A DNA stretch of 64,000 nucleotides, taken from Desulfurococcaceae archaeon. Lineage in GTDB: Archaea; Thermoproteota; Thermoprotei_A; Sulfolobales; Desulfurococcaceae. The position numbers were made by a program, and so were the translations under genes. A model generated the notes under the pieces. It saw only the letters and a list, made by a program, of their open reading frames with translations. It had not been told where the DNA came from and made no database searches. Shown piece by piece: positions 62,049-64,000 of this stretch. Position 1 is the first letter of the stretch. The number at the start of each line of letters is the position of its first letter. The stretch lies in NCBI GenBank assembly GCA_038897715.1, contig JAWAVV010000004.1, positions 8,365 through 72,364 on the forward strand. The letters are read 5' to 3'.

Positions 62049-63734
62049 CTATATCCTGATATCTAGGAATCTAGATAGAACTTTTTCACCACGATAATCT
62101 GGTAGTATTAAAGGAGATCTCCTGTTTTTAGGTATATTATATTTCTCTAATTCATCCATATATCTATTCAGATGATTAAGAGAGATCTTCGGTTTATCCA
62201 TGTTTCTAACGATTTGAGTAGCTGTTAAACCAGCTCTTCTACCAAATACCATTAGATCTAGTAGTGAATTACCCATTAACCTATTCCTACCGTGGACACC
62301 GCCGGTTACTTCACCCGCAGCTAGTAGTCCTTTAATCCATTCTCCACGAGGATTGAGAACATGTGTATACTCATCTATCTCAACTCCTCCGTTTTGATAA
62401 TGTAGTGTTGGATATGTTAAAACTGGTTCAACTGTGATATCAATTCCTTGTCTAATGAATTGTCTATACATAGCTGGTAGAGCTTTCTTAATAGTACCTG
62501 GTCCTCTTTTAGCATCGATCATTGGCATATCTAGCCATACACCACATGAACCCGTTGGTGTAATCACTCCTCTCCCTTCATAACACTCTTTTATTATAGC
62601 TGATGCTACAACATCTCTAGGTTCTAGTTCATGTATAAATAGTTCTCCATTAATATTAACTAATTGTGCTCCAAGACTACGACATTTCTCTGTAATTAAT
62701 TCTCCTAGAATAGCTTCAGGCCATGCAACACCCGTTGGATGATACTGTGCAGTATCCATGTGAAGTAGGTTTGCACCAACTCTATATGCTAGAACTATTC
62801 CATCAGCTGTAGCACCATAGTGGTTACTCGTTGGAAAACCAGCTAAATGTAATCTACCGAAACCACCTGTAGCTAGTATTGTAACTTTAGCTCTAACAAT
62901 ATAGTATTCGTGAGTTTCGAGATTCAATAAGATAGCTCCCGATACAGCACCTGTATCTGGATCTGTAAGTAATTCTATAGCTGGATTGAACTCTAGTACG
63001 TTGACTCCGTAATTGAGTACTTCATCTTTAAGAACTCTCATTATCTCTAAACCAGTATAGTCTCGAGCACAATGTAATCTTCTTCTAGAAGCTCCTCCAC
63101 CACTATACTCTATCATCTCTCCTTCTCCAGTTTTATCAAACATAACACCTAGTTCTTCAAGCCATTTTATTATGAAAGGAGCATCCATAACGAGTGCTCT
63201 AACTAGTTCTGGTTTATTAGCGAAATGACCTCCTCCAATCGTATCTAAATAGTGTCTAACAGGGCTATCTTCAGGTCTATCTGCAGCTTGAATACCTCCT
63301 TGAGCTTTAACAGTATTTGAATCTCCAAATCTCAATTTAGTGACTATCAATATATCCTCCGGTGAAACTCCTCCATATATAGCCCAGAGTGCAGCAGCTG
63401 CAGCTGCTCCACCGCCACCTATTATTAAAATATCCGTATCGTAATCAATATGGTTTAGGTCAATACTATTTGGTTCTACGAGAGGCCATGCTTCAAGTAG
63501 ATCGGCTAATTCGTTATAAACAATCTTATCTCTATTAACACCTATTCTAAGAACTCTCTTAGTATCCGGTTTATAATCAGGATGGTATTTTTTAATAAGT
63601 TCCTCTCTCTCGTTCAACGATAATCTTCTATAGCTTGTTTTCAATCTATCTTCTCTAGTTTCTTCAACGATTTTTATCAATTTCCTGAACTCTGGTGGAT
63701 ATCCATAACTAGTGTATTCGCTCAAAACCTTCAC
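62049..63734 (-). CDS. FAD-binding flavoprotein of the succinate dehydrogenase/fumarate reductase/L-aspartate oxidase superfamily with ~110-aa N-terminal extension
   Basis: 561 aa. Dinucleotide fold DILIIGGGGAAAAAA, AQGGI, HPTG, GEVTGGVHGRNRLMGNSLLD. Confidence 0.75.
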   Translation of the reverse strand: MKVLSEYTSYGYPPEFRKLIKIVEETREDRLKTSYRRLSLNEREELIKKYHPDYKPDTKRVLRIGVNRDKIVYNELADLLEAWPLVEPNSIDLNHIDYDTDILIIGGGGAAAAAALWAIYGGVSPEDILIVTKLRFGDSNTVKAQGGIQAADRPEDSPVRHYLDTIGGGHFANKPELVRALVMDAPFIIKWLEELGVMFDKTGEGEMIEYSGGGASRRRLHCARDYTGLEIMRVLKDEVLNYGVNVLEFNPAIELLTDPDTGAVSGAILLNLETHEYYIVRAKVTILATGGFGRLHLAGFPTSNHYGATADGIVLAYRVGANLLHMDTAQYHPTGVAWPEAILGELITEKCRSLGAQLVNINGELFIHELEPRDVVASAIIKECYEGRGVITPTGSCGVWLDMPMIDAKRGPGTIKKALPAMYRQFIRQGIDITVEPVLTYPTLHYQNGGVEIDEYTHVLNPRGEWIKGLLAAGEVTGGVHGRNRLMGNSLLDLMVFGRRAGLTATQIVRNMDKPKISLNHLNRYMDELEKYNIPKNRRSPLILPDYRGEKVLSRFLDIRI

Positions 63735-63743
63735 CTCGTAATC

Positions 63744-64000
63744 CTACTCTGGTTCAATATCTCTTTCACTATATAGTTTTTTCAATTCATCAATGGGTTT
63801 CTTCATTAAATCCTCTATTTCAGCAAAGTATTTACCGGATTCTATTTCATTAACTCTAATCTCTAAGTGTTTAGCGCGAGGTAACAGGTATCTACCAGCC
63901 AGTCTTCTCAGTAATTGAAATAAATAGATATGTCTTATTTCAGCGGGACATCTAAGTGAGCATAATCCACACGATATACAGTCGAATACGAGGTCAGCTG
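63744..64000 (-). CDS. 4Fe-4S cluster-binding protein, C-terminal fragment (gene continues beyond the right edge)
   Basis: Not in the track (edge-truncated). My reverse translation reads ...ADLVFDCISCGLCSLRCPAEIRHIYLFQLLRR...SERDIEPE*. CxxCxxCxxxCP is a ferredoxin-type motif. Its stop is 10 nt upstream of the flavoprotein start. Confidence 0.55.
   Translation of the reverse strand, partial: ADLVFDCISCGLCSLRCPAEIRHIYLFQLLRRLAGRYLLPRAKHLEIRVNEIESGKYFAEIEDLMKKPIDELKKLYSERDIEPE

Overview
Visibly AT-rich archaeal chromosome segment with crenarchaeal (Thermoprotei-type) gene content and order. I cannot name the species from sequence alone.

The window is almost entirely core information-processing genes:
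- a partial family-B DNA polymerase, NAC, aEF-2
- the exosome superoperon (prefoldin beta, Pcc1, Brix, L37Ae, Rrp42/41/4, SBDS, PsmA, RNase P Pop5/Rpp30)
- KEOPS genes (Kae1, Bud32, two Pcc1-family genes)
- aIF2-gamma, aIF5B and many r-proteins
- the S13-S4-S11-RpoD-L18e-L13-S9-RpoN-S2 cluster
- S10-EF1alpha-S7-S12-NusA-L30e-RpoA''-RpoA'-RpoB-RpoH
- Orc1/Cdc6

RNA genes stand out as GC-rich islands. There are six tRNAs: Asn, Leu and Gln carry canonical 37/38 introns, and Ser, Ala and Lys are intron-free. There is also one well-formed C/D box sRNA.

The accessory-looking content is limited to three items:
- a 14-repeat CRISPR array (40014-40860) with a ~1 kb ORF-free AT-rich upstream region and no cas genes anywhere in the window
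- an E1-like enzyme flanked by two small ThiS/MoaD-type ubiquitin-like genes
- a few uncharacterised small proteins

The ORF track uses longest ORFs with ATG/GTG/TTG starts, so several 5' ends are over-extended. Where a GGTG Shine-Dalgarno-like motif 6-9 nt upstream supported it, I moved the start. One real gene (L24e, 59 aa) falls below the track threshold, and two edge-truncated genes are missing from it.

I do not see a convincing new multi-gene system. The findings are individual oddities that need database or experimental checks.
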